Counted from the stretch's first letter, positions 9,103 to 19,468 are shown. The stretch: DNA of 64,000 nt from an uncultured candidate division Zixibacteria bacterium (GCA_963735035.1 CAVTJJ010000004.1:384001-448000); one strand, 5' to 3'. Numbers and translations: made by a program. The notes: generated from the letters alone by a model not told the origin.

Positions 9103-10506
9103 ATGAAATACCGCGTTGAATCAGATTCCATGGGCAAAATCGACGTCCCGGTCGACCGCTACTACGGCGCCCAAACCGCCCGCTCAATAATGAACTTCAA
9201 AATCGGCGGCGAAACCATGCCGATACCCCTCATCCGGGCGTTCGGCGTCCTCAAGAAATGCGCCGCTCAGGTCAACCAGGACCTCGGCCTGCTCCCCAAA
9301 GACAAAGCCAAATTGATCATCGCCGCGTCTCAGGAAGTTATCGAGGGCAAGCTCGACGGCCACTTTCCGCTCGTCGTATGGCAGACCGGGTCCGGCACCC
9401 AGACCAACATGAACGCCAACGAAGTCATCTCCAACCGGGCCATCGAAATGGCCGGCGGCGAGATGGGCAGCAAGAAGCCGATTCACCCCAACGACGACGT
9501 CAACAAAGCACAGTCGTCGAACGACACGTTCCCGGCCGCCATGCACATTGCGGCGGTGGTGCAGATTCACGAAGAGTTGATTCCGAAAGTCACGCTCCTG
9601 CGCGACACGCTGAACAAGAAGTCGAAAGAGTTTAACAAGATCATCAAGATCGGCCGCACGCATCTTATGGACGCCACCCCGCTGACTCTCGGCCAGGAGT
9701 TTTCCGGCTACTCCCAGCAATTGACCAACGGCGTGGCGCGGCTCAAGGACTGCTTGAAGCGGCTCTACCCGCTGGCGCTCGGCGGCACGGCGGTCGGAAC
9801 CGGACTGAACACGCATCCGGAATTCGCCAAGCGTGCGGCGGCAGCGATTGCGAAAGAAACCGGCTATCCGTTTATCACCGCGCCGAACAAGTTCGAAGCT
9901 CTGGCCGCGCACGACGCGATTGTCGAAGCGTCCGGCGTGATGAAAACTATCGCCTGTTCCTGCATGAAGATCGCCAACGATGTCCGCCTGCTGGGGTCCG
10001 GCCCGCGCTGTGGTATCGGTGAGCTGCTGCTTCCGGAAAACGAACCGGGTTCGTCGATCATGCCCGGCAAGGTCAACCCGACCCAGTGCGAGGCTATGAC
10101 CATGGTGGCGGCGCAGGTAATGGGTAACGATGTCGCGATCAATATCGGCGGGGCGACCGGCCATTTCGAGCTGAACGTCTTCAAGCCGGTCATGATCTAC
10201 AACCTGCTGCAGTCGATCAAGCTTCTCGCCGACGCCTGTCAGTCGTTTAACGACAACTGCGCGATCGGGATCGAGGCCAACAAGACCAACATCAATAAGA
10301 ATCTGTACGGTTCGCTGATGCTGGTTACGGCGCTCAATCCGCATATCGGTTATGATAATGCGGCGAAAGTGGCCAAGAAGGCGTATCATGATGGGACGAC
10401 CTTGAAAGAGGCGGCGGTGGCGTTGGGCCTTCTGACCGAGAAGGAGTTCGATCAGAAAGTTCGTCCGGAGAAGATGATCGCCCCGAACATGGGCGTGAAG
10501 AAGTAG
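9103..10506 (+). CDS. fumC: Class II fumarate hydratase
   Basis: [11 protein letters not shown] and [23 protein letters not shown] before ATG 9103. Confidence 0.97.
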   Translation: MKYRVESDSMGKIDVPVDRYYGAQTARSIMNFKIGGETMPIPLIRAFGVLKKCAAQVNQDLGLLPKDKAKLIIAASQEVIEGKLDGHFPLVVWQTGSGTQTNMNANEVISNRAIEMAGGEMGSKKPIHPNDDVNKAQSSNDTFPAAMHIAAVVQIHEELIPKVTLLRDTLNKKSKEFNKIIKIGRTHLMDATPLTLGQEFSGYSQQLTNGVARLKDCLKRLYPLALGGTAVGTGLNTHPEFAKRAAAAIAKETGYPFITAPNKFEALAAHDAIVEASGVMKTIACSCMKIANDVRLLGSGPRCGIGELLLPENEPGSSIMPGKVNPTQCEAMTMVAAQVMGNDVAINIGGATGHFELNVFKPVMIYNLLQSIKLLADACQSFNDNCAIGIEANKTNINKNLYGSLMLVTALNPHIGYDNAAKVAKKAYHDGTTLKEAAVALGLLTEKEFDQKVRPEKMIAPNMGVKK

Positions 10507-10512
10507 CTGCGA

Positions 10513-10803
10513 GCGTCAGGTCACACCTCAACCGACTTCGTCGGCCTCGGCAGGACCCGACGCAACAACACGGTAGATTGGAGCGGTTTAGAAACTGTCT
10601 TGCCCCGCTTCAGGCGGGGCATCCACATAACTGATCGGCAGGGTTCCAACCCTGCCGGATCACGCACGGCAGGCACAACATGCGTCAGGTCACACCTCAA
10701 CCGACTTCGTCGATCTCGGCAGGACCCGACGCAACGAACAAACTTAATCGGCAGGGTTCCAACCCTGCCGGATCGCACGCGGCAGGCACAGAGTCCTGCC
10801 GAT
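10513..10803. repeat. Composite REP cluster
   Basis: Two GTCAGGTCACACCTC...GCAGGACCCGACGCAAC units, two ATCGGCAGGGTTCCAACCCTGCCG units and one GTCTTGCCCCG hairpin. Confidence 0.9.
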
Positions 10804-10825
10804 TGATGTCATCGGTAATTGTCTT

Positions 10826-11578
10826 ATGAAAACAACACTCTTCGTTCTGCTCATCGTCGCGGCGACTGCGGTCGGCGTTTCCGCCTTCCAGTACGCTCCG
10901 CAGCAGGCCATTCCTGAGACGAAGCCGCTGGAATTCAGCAATCCGGCCGTACTCGATTCGCTCATCATGCCGTATGTCGCCATGGCTCGCCGCACCTATC
11001 CGGACGCCAAGGCCCGATTCCTCAAAGGGCTGTCGTCGAGCGAGAAGTTCCTTATCACTACCCGCGTCTTCGACAAGCAGGGCAACTTCCAGCAGATCTT
11101 TGTCGAAGTGACCAGTTTCAGCAAGAACGAGGTCAATGGCCGCGTCGCATCATCGAACGGGCAGACCCCCGGCCTCGCGGTCGGCGATCCGTTTACCTGT
11201 CCCGAATCCGACGTGCTGGACTGGAGCATTGTCAAGGCGGACGGTTCCCAGGAAGGGAATGTGGTCGGCAAATTTCTCGCAGCCGTACAGGAACGGTTTC
11301 TCGGCCTGATGATGGAAGTAGTCATTGCGCGCGACGGCTCGGTGAAATCGGCGAAGTGTCTTCGGGCGCTGACCCGCTCGCAGCAGGATGTGACTTTCTG
11401 TGTGCCCGATACGGTTATGCGTTCGGCCGAAGTGATGGCTCATGAAATCAAGTACGCGCCGTCCGATTCGGTATTGACCAAGTACACCTATTTGGTTTAT
11501 GACTTTATTGGCCGTCGCCTGTTCGAGCCGAACAAAGACCAGACGAAGAAACCAGACTCAACCGGTACTTCACGGTGA
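10826..11578 (+). CDS. Exported DUF2314-like protein
   Basis: Signal peptide; ARRTY...DVLDW...GSQEGNVVGKFL. Confidence 0.65.
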   Translation: MKTTLFVLLIVAATAVGVSAFQYAPQQAIPETKPLEFSNPAVLDSLIMPYVAMARRTYPDAKARFLKGLSSSEKFLITTRVFDKQGNFQQIFVEVTSFSKNEVNGRVASSNGQTPGLAVGDPFTCPESDVLDWSIVKADGSQEGNVVGKFLAAVQERFLGLMMEVVIARDGSVKSAKCLRALTRSQQDVTFCVPDTVMRSAEVMAHEIKYAPSDSVLTKYTYLVYDFIGRRLFEPNKDQTKKPDSTGTSR

Positions 11579-11609
11579 TGTTTTGAGCGGACAGCCCACA
11601 GCAAATGCG

Positions 11610-11655
11610 ATCGGCAGGGTTCCAGCCCTGCCGCATCCCTGACGCAGGCACAGAG
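11610..11655. repeat. REP-like palindrome
   Basis: ATCGGCAGGGTTCCAGCCCTGCCG...GCAGGCACAGAG. Confidence 0.8.
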
Positions 11656-11680
11656 GCAAGCGTATCACAGGAAAATCAAA

Positions 11681-12139
11681 GTGCGCCTTCCAATCCAGGT
11701 AAGCATCTTCATCATTCGGCCGACCCCAGGAAGCGGTCATGAATACTTGATGCTCCACCGCGTGCTCAAGCGACTTTCGTTCTGGCAGCCGGTGACGGGT
11801 GGAGTAGAGTCGGGCGAAACTATCGAACAGGCCGCCCAACGCGAATTGACCGAAGAGACCGGTTTCGCTTCAGACAATTTGATACCTATCGGTTTCAGCT
11901 ATGCTTTCCCGCCCGACGAGTTCTTCAAAGCGATCTATGCCGAACCACCCGATGAAATCGTTGTGCACGTATTTGTCACCCGCATGGCGGTGGGAGCCGA
12001 ACCGAAGATCGATCCAATCGAGCACGATGCTTACCGCTGGTGTTCGTTGGATGAAGCTCTCGAATTGCTCTACTGGTGGGATGATAAAGAGGCGATCAAG
12101 CGGGTAGAGGCGGAGTTGGTATTGGAAAAACGCGGGTAA
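11681..12139 (+). CDS. NUDIX hydrolase (NudB-like)
   Basis: WQPVTGGVESGETIEQAAQRELTEETG Nudix box; EHDAYRW. Confidence 0.9.
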   Translation: MRLPIQVSIFIIRPTPGSGHEYLMLHRVLKRLSFWQPVTGGVESGETIEQAAQRELTEETGFASDNLIPIGFSYAFPPDEFFKAIYAEPPDEIVVHVFVTRMAVGAEPKIDPIEHDAYRWCSLDEALELLYWWDDKEAIKRVEAELVLEKRG

Positions 12140-12300
12140 AAAAAGGCAGGGCGGGACTTCCTGTCCCGCCCCGGACATCCCTGCTGAGAGGTTTGCACGC
12201 GCTCTTCCGTAAGGACGTCAAATTCTCCAGCAGCGGAACTGCTGCATTGTTGCCAGCTCCATTGTCATCCCTGATTCTGTAGTATCCTGACCGCTGCTGT
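12140..12300 (-). ncRNA. Candidate GGA-repeat small RNA (CsrB/RsmY/RsmZ-like)
   Basis: TG-n-TATCAT element at 12303-12311, eight GGA motifs, and a terminal GGGCGGGAC-AGGAA-GTCCCGCCC hairpin followed by a U7 run. Confidence 0.5.
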
Positions 12301-12361
12301 CTATGATATCAACAACTTTTCTGACAAATTGATCCACGAAGGCAATGTTTTTTTCGGGGGC

Positions 12362-12445
12362 AAAAAAAGAACGGGGCCAGAGTGGTCCCGTTCTCGCGAT
12401 GTGGTTGGGCTGAAATGTTCCAGCAAGCCTTAGTCTCTTCGGCTT
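12362..12445 (-). ncRNA. Candidate ~85-nt small RNA, or structured 3' UTR of the TOBE gene
   Basis: Promoter-like TG-n-TATATT / GGAAC-18-GTT upstream; two short hairpins and a terminator with U7. Confidence 0.4.
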
Positions 12446-12544
12446 TCAAATAATATAACACCCAAATGCCGAAAGGGGTTCCAAAAAGTGAGTAATTTGA
12501 TCGGCATTCTCCGATCCACTTGCGCCGGCATAACTGTCTGTCGT

Positions 12545-12754
12545 TCAGTCTTTTACTGGCAGAACATGGATCGCCTTGACAATCAGCCGAACCTCATCGC
12601 CGGCCTTTAGATGCATCTCGGAGACCGACTCTGAAGTAAGAACCGAAGCCATCTCGACCGGCCCGGTCACGTCGAACTTCACGAGCGACATGATATCGCC
12701 GGTCTTGACCGACTTCACCTTCGCCTTAATCTGGTTTCTTGCGCCGTATTTCAT
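12545..12754 (-). CDS. TOBE-domain molybdate/tungstate-binding protein (Mop-like)
   Basis: GARNQIKAKV...SVLTSESVSEMHLKAGD...VKA. Confidence 0.9.
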   Translation of the reverse strand: MKYGARNQIKAKVKSVKTGDIMSLVKFDVTGPVEMASVLTSESVSEMHLKAGDEVRLIVKAIHVLPVKD

Positions 12755-12844
12755 ATTGAACTCTCCTGTATTGGAACATAGTCCGTTGATCTACTGACTC
12801 AAATAACATACCCCCAAAAATAGTCTTCGCCATAAAAAAAGTTC

Positions 12845-12942
12845 GTAGGGCAGAACCCTCGACGCTTCGGCGAGTGGTTCTGCCAATTGGCCTATCCAGC
12901 AAACATGGCAGAACCGATAAACGGTCGATGGTTCTGCCCTAC
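12845..12942. repeat. Inverted pair of GTAG-type REPs (REPIN-like)
   Basis: GTAGGGCAGAACC...GGTTCTGCCA and TGGCAGAACC...GGTTCTGCCCTAC. Confidence 0.8.
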
Positions 12943-13092
12943 GTTAACTATGGGTGCCCCGGTTAAGTCGGGGTAAAGACAGAGGGAGTGAAGCGGGGCA
13001 AGACAGAAGGTCGCTGTCATGCTGCGCGACGTCGGGACAAGTACCTTCTTACAATATCTTGTCGAGCACCAGTGCACGGTCTATATTCGCAC

Positions 13093-14774
13093 ATGCAGAC
13101 CGCCCTACACATCGCCGCCCTCGTGAATCAGCTCAAACACGAAATCGTGGGTGGGCGTTTGATCGCCACCCAGTTCTACAAGAAATCGCGTACGGCGCTG
13201 TTCATCGTCCAGAAGGGACACGAGCGGCTGGCGTTGGCGCTCATCTATCATCCCGCCGGGTCGGGTTGCTTCTGCGTACCGGCTTCAAAGATCAGGCTCG
13301 ATACGACCGAGAAACCATGGCCGATCTTCAATCTTGAAGAGGCAGACATCGAGGATGTCACCCAGCCGGAACTGGATCGGATCTTCGAAGTGATCCTGAC
13401 ACGTGATTCCGAAAAGATGCGCCTGGTGTTCGAAGTACTCGGACCCAATGGAAATATTTGGTTGATCGGAGAGGACGGCACCCGGAAGGGAACACTTCGC
13501 AATCGCAAGTATGACAAGGGTGACAAATACAACGCGCCCGTGACCGTTGACCGGATCGATCCATTCGCAATTACTTCGGAATTGCTGGTCGCCCGCATGT
13601 CCGAGCAGGCCGGGCGGTCGCCTCTGGCGGCGCTGAAGGCGGTCCTGGTCGGATTCAATGACACCATGACCCGCGAGGTGCTGACCCGCGCCGACTGCGC
13701 CGTGGTTCACCCCGAAACACTGACCGCTGGTCAGGCCGATGCTCTCGTTCGAGCGGTCGCGAGATTGCCGAACGATTCCGCGCGCCTCAGGCCGGCTATC
13801 TGTACGAACTTCGCGGCGCAGTTGAAGTATATCCGTTTCAGTTGAAAGCGGTGGACAAGCAATCGGAAAAATTCCCGTCATTGTCTCTGGCGGTTATGGA
13901 GATGACATCGCGTCAGCAGACAACTATCACCGACACCGATGATGAGCAACGTCTGCTTAAGGCGGTGGCCTCGGCCATTAAGCGGCAGGAACGACTGGTG
14001 GTCAATATCGAAGCCGATGTAGCCAAGGCCGCCGATTTCGAACGATACAAGCGGCTTGGCGAACTTCTGCAGCTCAATCGGGAACGTCTGAAAAAGGGGA
14101 TGAAGTCGATTGAAGTTGAAGACGTCCTGAGTGAGTCACCCTCTACGATCCGTATCGAACTCAATCCGGCCGTTTCACCCAGCGATAATATCGACGAGTA
14201 TTTCCGTCGCCACCGCAAAGGCCGCGAAGGAGTGGAACTGCTTCGTCGTCGGTTCGAGATCGTCACCGGTGAACTGGAATCACTTCGCGGAATGCAAGCT
14301 GAGCTCGAAAGCAACTTTGAGAATGCGAGCCAGAAATATCAAGCAGAGCTGGCGCCGCTTCTGCCACGTGAACAGGGTAGGCGAGATGTTCAACCGCGAC
14401 TCCCTTATCGAGAGGCGCGGCTATCGAGTGGCCTGACCGTCTACATCGGACGCGATGGCGCTGACAACGATCGGACTACATTCGAGTTCGCCCGTCCGTA
14501 TGAGCTCTGGTTTCATGCCCAGCAATGTGCCGGTTCGCACGTAGTTATGAAGTACCCCAACAAGTCGTTTGAACCGTCCAAACGGGAAATTGAAGAGACG
14601 GCCTCAATAGCCGCCTGGCACAGTAAGGCCCGCAACGACAGCCTGGTTCCGGTAGCCTACGCCGAGCGCCGATACGTACGAAAACCTCGTAACGCCAAGC
14701 CGGGGCTCGTAACAGTGGAGCGGGAAAAATCGGTGATGGTGGTTCCAAAAAAGGAGCTAAGTGCTGATAAGTGA
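13093..14774 (+). pseudogene. rqcH: NFACT family RqcH/Rqc2 (FbpA) gene with one frameshift near 13759 (possibly a sequencing error)
   Basis: N-terminal half has DRIFEV...EVLGPNGNIWL; C-terminal half has YIGRDGADND...WFHAQQCAGSHV...YVRKP; restoring one base gives a continuous protein. Confidence 0.8.
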
Positions 14775-14795
14775 CTGTTATATAACAGCTTGACA
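14775..14795 (+). promoter_or_regulatory. Perfect 14-bp palindrome next to TTGACA; candidate operator
   Basis: CTGTTATATAACAG at 14775-14788, TTGACA at 14790-14795, upstream of the TetR gene. Confidence 0.4.
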
Positions 14796-14891
14796 AGAAG
14801 AACCGAGTTGGGTAAACAGGACTCAGTTTATCATAATTATTGACATTTTGACTCCATTCTGTTAGTTATGGCTAACAACATAGAGGTATGT

Positions 14892-15488
14892 ATGAAAGCT
14901 GTAGTTAACCGCAAACAACAGATCCTAGATTTCGCCACTGAATCGTTTAGCCGCGACGGTTACGACCGCGTGACTGTCAAACAACTAGCTGATCGGTGTG
15001 GCATAACCGAACCGGCGGTCTACCGCCATTATCCGTCCAAGGATGCAATCTATATCGCCGTGCTGGAATCTTTGCGCGACCGGATCGACTACCAGGAACT
15101 CTTCGCACGTCTCGAGAACGAGAATGATCTTCAGGTGATGCTCAGCACCATCGCCGGTCACATCATTGCGTTCTATACTGAAAATGCCGATATGTATCGC
15201 CTGCTTCTATACGCCGCTCTGCGGGGTCACGACCGCGCCAAGCGCATATTTGAACTGATCCGCGGTACCTATGTCAAGTTCCTGACCGCCCAGTTCGAGC
15301 GAATGCAGCGTGATGGACTCATCATCGAGAAGCAGCATGAATTGACGGCCCGCTGCTTTGTGGCCATGGTTTTTGACTGCGCCCTCAGCTACACCCTGTG
15401 GAAGGGGTTCGTGGGCAAGTCATACGAACCTCAGACCGTGGTGGCCAACAACGTTCCTATCTACGTGCGTGGGTTGAAAGCTTCCTGA
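14892..15488 (+). CDS. TetR/AcrR family regulator
   Basis: RKQQILDFA...GYDRVTVKQLA..CGITEPAVYRHYPSKDAI; GAGG RBS before ATG 14892. Confidence 0.93.
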   Translation: MKAVVNRKQQILDFATESFSRDGYDRVTVKQLADRCGITEPAVYRHYPSKDAIYIAVLESLRDRIDYQELFARLENENDLQVMLSTIAGHIIAFYTENADMYRLLLYAALRGHDRAKRIFELIRGTYVKFLTAQFERMQRDGLIIEKQHELTARCFVAMVFDCALSYTLWKGFVGKSYEPQTVVANNVPIYVRGLKAS

Positions 15489-15643
15489 TATCGGGTAAGT
15501 TTTAACCAGCCCGCTTTGGGCGGTTTAGACTTTATAGTTTAGTACATCTCCTATAATGCTCGGGGACCACTCACGACGTTATCGGCCGATTCATGCCAAA
15601 TTCCAACGTTGCGCACCGCAAAGGGTGTTCTTAATATTGGCCC

Positions 15644-17383
15644 ATGAACCTGGCGAGGCTACTGGAGAAACTCAAGCTGTCCGGGCCGCATGCTCTGGTC
15701 ATAATTGCGGTAGGGGTGGGACTCGCAACCGCCGGGGGAGCCCTTGGATTCCGTGCCCTCATAGGCTACTTCAACCATTTGTTCTTTGGATTAACTGACC
15801 AACGTCTATCGCAGGCGCTCGGAGGTGGCTTCAAGTACTGGTTGCCTATTATTCCGATGATTGGTGGCCTCCTGGTAGGACCGATCGTTTATCGATTCGC
15901 TAAGGAAGCCCGGGGACACGGGGTTCCCGAAGTTATGAATGCTATCGCTCGCCTTGGTGGGATCATTCGACCGAGGGTCGCGGCCGCCAAAGCCGTTGCC
16001 TCGGCGATATGCATCGGGTCAGGAGGATCGGCTGGCCGTGAGGGACCGATTGTTCAGATAGGCTCCGCACTGGGATCAACCATCGGCCAGTACCTTCGGC
16101 TTTCAGAGGACAGGATAAAGGTGTTGGTCGGTTGCGGAGCGGCCGCCGGAATATCCTCCGTGTTCAACGCCCCCATCGCCGGGGTCATGTTTTCAGTGGA
16201 GATCATTCTCGGTGACTTCACTATTGCTACATTTTCTCCGGTCCTGGTTTCGTCGGTAGTCGCGTCGGTCTTGACGCGAACCGCGCTCGGCAACCACCCA
16301 GCGTTTGAATTACCCGGTTACAGTCTCGTGTCGGCCTGGGAAATTCCGCTATACATGGTAATGGGAGTGATTCTCGGAGTTGTTGCAGTCTTGTTCACAC
16401 GAAGTCTGGATGTTGTCGAGGATTTCTTTGAGCGGCTGAAGATGCCCGATATCCTAAAACCGGCCTTGGGTGGTCTCCTGCTGGGCTCGGTAGCAATTTT
16501 CTTCCCTCAGATTCTAGCCGACGGGTACGACACTATTCGACTGTCCCTTAACGGGCAGATTGTCGTCTGGCTTCTCGTTGTTCTGATCGTCCTGAAGATA
16601 TTGGCCACCTCGTTGACCCTCGGCTCCGGAAACTCAGGTGGCATTTTCGCTCCCTCGCTGTTCATGGGGGCGATGACCGGCGGAGCATTTGGAGCCTTAG
16701 CCAACAAGATCTTCCCAAGCGCGACGGCAAATTCCGGGGCGTACGCGCTGGTTGGGATGGCTGGCCTGGTGGCAGGAACCACCCATGCCCCCATGACTGC
16801 GCTACTGATTATCTTTGAAATGACCAACGACTATCGCATCGTTCTTCCTCTGATGGTCACCGTGGCCGTGGCGTCGATGGTGGCCAGACTGCTCTTCTCC
16901 AATTCAATCTACACGATAAAGTTAGCCAAAAGAGGCATAGACATTCGGTCGGGCAGAGATATTAACGTTCTGAAAGCTCATAGAGCGGCTGAAGTTCTTG
17001 TCGCCGAATATGGTTCGATCGCCATGTCTTCTACAATTCCTGCGATACTGACGAAAATGGAGGAATCGAGAGAGTCGGATCTCATTGTAGCCGACGGAGA
17101 AGGTCATCTTCAGGGCCTGGTATCGTTTCAGGACCTGCGTGGCCTCATCACCAAGCGCGAACTTGATACTCTGGCTGTGGCGTATGATTTCGTCCATCGT
17201 GAGATCGAGGCCGTGACGGCGGAAACTGATCTTGAACTTGTTATGAACGCCTTCAACGTCAGGGGCACCAGATTGCTTCCGGTAGTCGACAACAAGACTT
17301 CCAACAAAGTCATTGGCATTATCCGTAAAGATGATCTAATCGAATTCTACAATCAGAAGCTCGTTGAGCACTTGAAACGCTGA
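15644..17383 (+). CDS. ClC family chloride channel/antiporter with CBS pair
   Basis: GHGVPE, GREGP and GGIFAPSL motifs; C-terminal CBS domains. Confidence 0.95.
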   Translation: MNLARLLEKLKLSGPHALVIIAVGVGLATAGGALGFRALIGYFNHLFFGLTDQRLSQALGGGFKYWLPIIPMIGGLLVGPIVYRFAKEARGHGVPEVMNAIARLGGIIRPRVAAAKAVASAICIGSGGSAGREGPIVQIGSALGSTIGQYLRLSEDRIKVLVGCGAAAGISSVFNAPIAGVMFSVEIILGDFTIATFSPVLVSSVVASVLTRTALGNHPAFELPGYSLVSAWEIPLYMVMGVILGVVAVLFTRSLDVVEDFFERLKMPDILKPALGGLLLGSVAIFFPQILADGYDTIRLSLNGQIVVWLLVVLIVLKILATSLTLGSGNSGGIFAPSLFMGAMTGGAFGALANKIFPSATANSGAYALVGMAGLVAGTTHAPMTALLIIFEMTNDYRIVLPLMVTVAVASMVARLLFSNSIYTIKLAKRGIDIRSGRDINVLKAHRAAEVLVAEYGSIAMSSTIPAILTKMEESRESDLIVADGEGHLQGLVSFQDLRGLITKRELDTLAVAYDFVHREIEAVTAETDLELVMNAFNVRGTRLLPVVDNKTSNKVIGIIRKDDLIEFYNQKLVEHLKR

Positions 17384-17410
17384 ACGCTCGTGTGTTGGAA
17401 TGTGGCGCTG

Positions 17411-17510
17411 GTAGACCCCGTGGATACCGCCCGCGACCGGCGGTTTCGACATCTTCGCTGACGCAACAGATTACCGTGCCGTCAGGCGTCTCGGCCTGAC
17501 GGCGCTTCTG
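17411..17510. repeat. REP-like palindromes
   Basis: GTAG-started hairpin and GTGCCGTCAGGC-GTCTCG-GCCTGACGGCGC. Confidence 0.55.
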
Positions 17511-17645
17511 TGTTTGGCTCCAAAAACCTCTATTGACGCGCCATATCTAACAATCGTAGGTTTAGGCAGCCGAAGGTAGCTGTCGTTCATAACCGGCCAC
17601 TCATACCGGTTCGAAACAAAGTTATCATAGACAGGCGGTGATTCC

Positions 17646-19466
17646 ATGAAAATGTTCAAGCGATTCCCGTCGTACGATCAGATCGTCCGTGGCGCCGTAT
17701 CGACGGCAGCGCGATTTCCGTTTACCCTCATCAGCGCCCTTGTCGGAGTTGTGGCGGCGGCCACACTGGCTGGGTTGGGCCAGGCCGCCGAGCGTCATTC
17801 ATTGGATCAACTATTGGTTACCGCGGCTCTGGGCCTGCCGTTGTTTACCGCCCTGGTGATGCTTGCCGAAAAGCGGGGCTGGTCCAGCGTGGGTCGTCTG
17901 CTCTTTCAGGCGGTCGGCTTGGTGTTGTTGATTGTGTACTATCTCACGTTGCCCGCCAAGCTCGACGAACCGATGAATAATCTCGTGCGCTTTGCACTTC
18001 TGAATATCGGCCTGCACTTCCTGGTGGCCTGGCTCCCGTGGACGGGAAAAGACCAGGTAGTCGGTTTCTGGGAATACAATAAGACACTATTTCTGCGCAT
18101 ACTCTTCTCGGCCTTATACTCAGCAGTTCTCTTCGTGGGATTGGCGCTCGCTCTTCTGGCGGCCGACCAGTTGTTTGGTGTGGAAGTGAAAAACGAGCGG
18201 TACTTCCAGCTCTGGATATGGATCACCGGGCTGTTCAACACCTGGGTTTTCCTGGCCGGTGTGCCGAAAAATCTTGAAGTCCTAAACCGGGGCGGTGAAT
18301 ATCCCAACGGACTCAAAGTGTTCACACAGTTCATCCTATTGCCGCTGGTTGTTCTCTACTTTGTTATCCTGTTTGCTTACGAAGCAAAGATCATCATCAC
18401 CTGGGACTGGCCGAAAGGTTGGGTTTCGGAACTGGTGCTTTGGTACTCGGTGGTGGGAATACTCTCGCTGCTGCTCTTGCACCCGCTTCGGGATCGGCTC
18501 GAAAACCGATGGATTCAGGCGATTTCGAAATGGTTCTACCGCGGCCTGATACCGCTCGTGGCAATGCTCTTCCTGGCCATTATGAGGCGAATATCCGAGT
18601 ATGGCATTACGGAGAATCGTTACTTCGTCTTTGCTATGGCGGTGGGTCTGACGATCGTGATGATTTATATGGTGGTCAGCAAGCGTAAGGACGTGCGCCT
18701 GATTCCGATAGTCGTCTGTCTCATCGCGTTCATCTCAGCCTATGGTCCCTGGAGTGCCTTAGCGATTTCTCGTTCCAGTCAGCAGAGCCGTTTGGACGCT
18801 TTAATGACAAAATGTGGACTTCTCGCTGGCGGTAGCCTGCAGAAACCGACGGTGGAGCCGTCGCTGGAAGATCGGCAGGAAATGAGCAGCGAGGTGGTCT
18901 ATCTCAACAAAATGCACGGAACCGACGCCTTCTCGGGCTGGCTGGCCGATAACGTCCTTCGGGGACTGGACAGCGTGTCTCAAGGCAGTCGGGCTGAACA
19001 GATCACCGGGAAGCTTGGCTTTGTATATGCGAACACGAGCTGGAGACCCAAAACCAGTGAGTATTTTCATCTGGCTGCGGATGATATACGACCGATCGAT
19101 ATCTCCGGGTATGACCTGATCCTGCCGTTCTGGGCCTTGACAGGATCGGATACGACCAGAAAATTCTCGATAGATCAAGATAGCTGCTGGCTGGTATTCG
19201 ACTCGGCCGCATGTAATCTAACGTTCCGAGTTGGGACGGGATCATCCAATATAATGACCACCACGGTCATCCCGCTGAAAGAGCCTCTTATAGCGCTCAT
19301 GGACAGTTCGACGACTGAGAAGCTCACGTCGCAGGATCTGACCTTCCGTGCGGTAGGAGCCGACACAACCACTCGAGTATGGTTGGAGATAGTCAACGGC
19401 CGACGGACAGAAGCCGGTCTGGAGATCAATTGGCTGAATGGGTTACTGATGATACGCAGGCCCTAA
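17646..19466 (+). CDS. DUF4153-domain membrane protein
   Basis: Multi-TM; RRISEYGITENRY and GPWSA..IS..SQ..RL motifs. Confidence 0.8.
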   Translation: MKMFKRFPSYDQIVRGAVSTAARFPFTLISALVGVVAAATLAGLGQAAERHSLDQLLVTAALGLPLFTALVMLAEKRGWSSVGRLLFQAVGLVLLIVYYLTLPAKLDEPMNNLVRFALLNIGLHFLVAWLPWTGKDQVVGFWEYNKTLFLRILFSALYSAVLFVGLALALLAADQLFGVEVKNERYFQLWIWITGLFNTWVFLAGVPKNLEVLNRGGEYPNGLKVFTQFILLPLVVLYFVILFAYEAKIIITWDWPKGWVSELVLWYSVVGILSLLLLHPLRDRLENRWIQAISKWFYRGLIPLVAMLFLAIMRRISEYGITENRYFVFAMAVGLTIVMIYMVVSKRKDVRLIPIVVCLIAFISAYGPWSALAISRSSQQSRLDALMTKCGLLAGGSLQKPTVEPSLEDRQEMSSEVVYLNKMHGTDAFSGWLADNVLRGLDSVSQGSRAEQITGKLGFVYANTSWRPKTSEYFHLAADDIRPIDISGYDLILPFWALTGSDTTRKFSIDQDSCWLVFDSAACNLTFRVGTGSSNIMTTTVIPLKEPLIALMDSSTTEKLTSQDLTFRAVGADTTTRVWLEIVNGRRTEAGLEINWLNGLLMIRRP

Positions 19467-19468
19467 TG

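Noticed and set aside
12183..12230. Glycine riboswitch resemblance (GGAGA...GAAG...CUCUCAG)
   Set aside because: Only a partial match, and no same-strand gene lies downstream to be regulated.
15550..15643. Fluoride riboswitch before the ClC gene
   Set aside because: No crcB-type motif seen, and the protein has GREGP rather than the fluoride-exporter GREGT signature.
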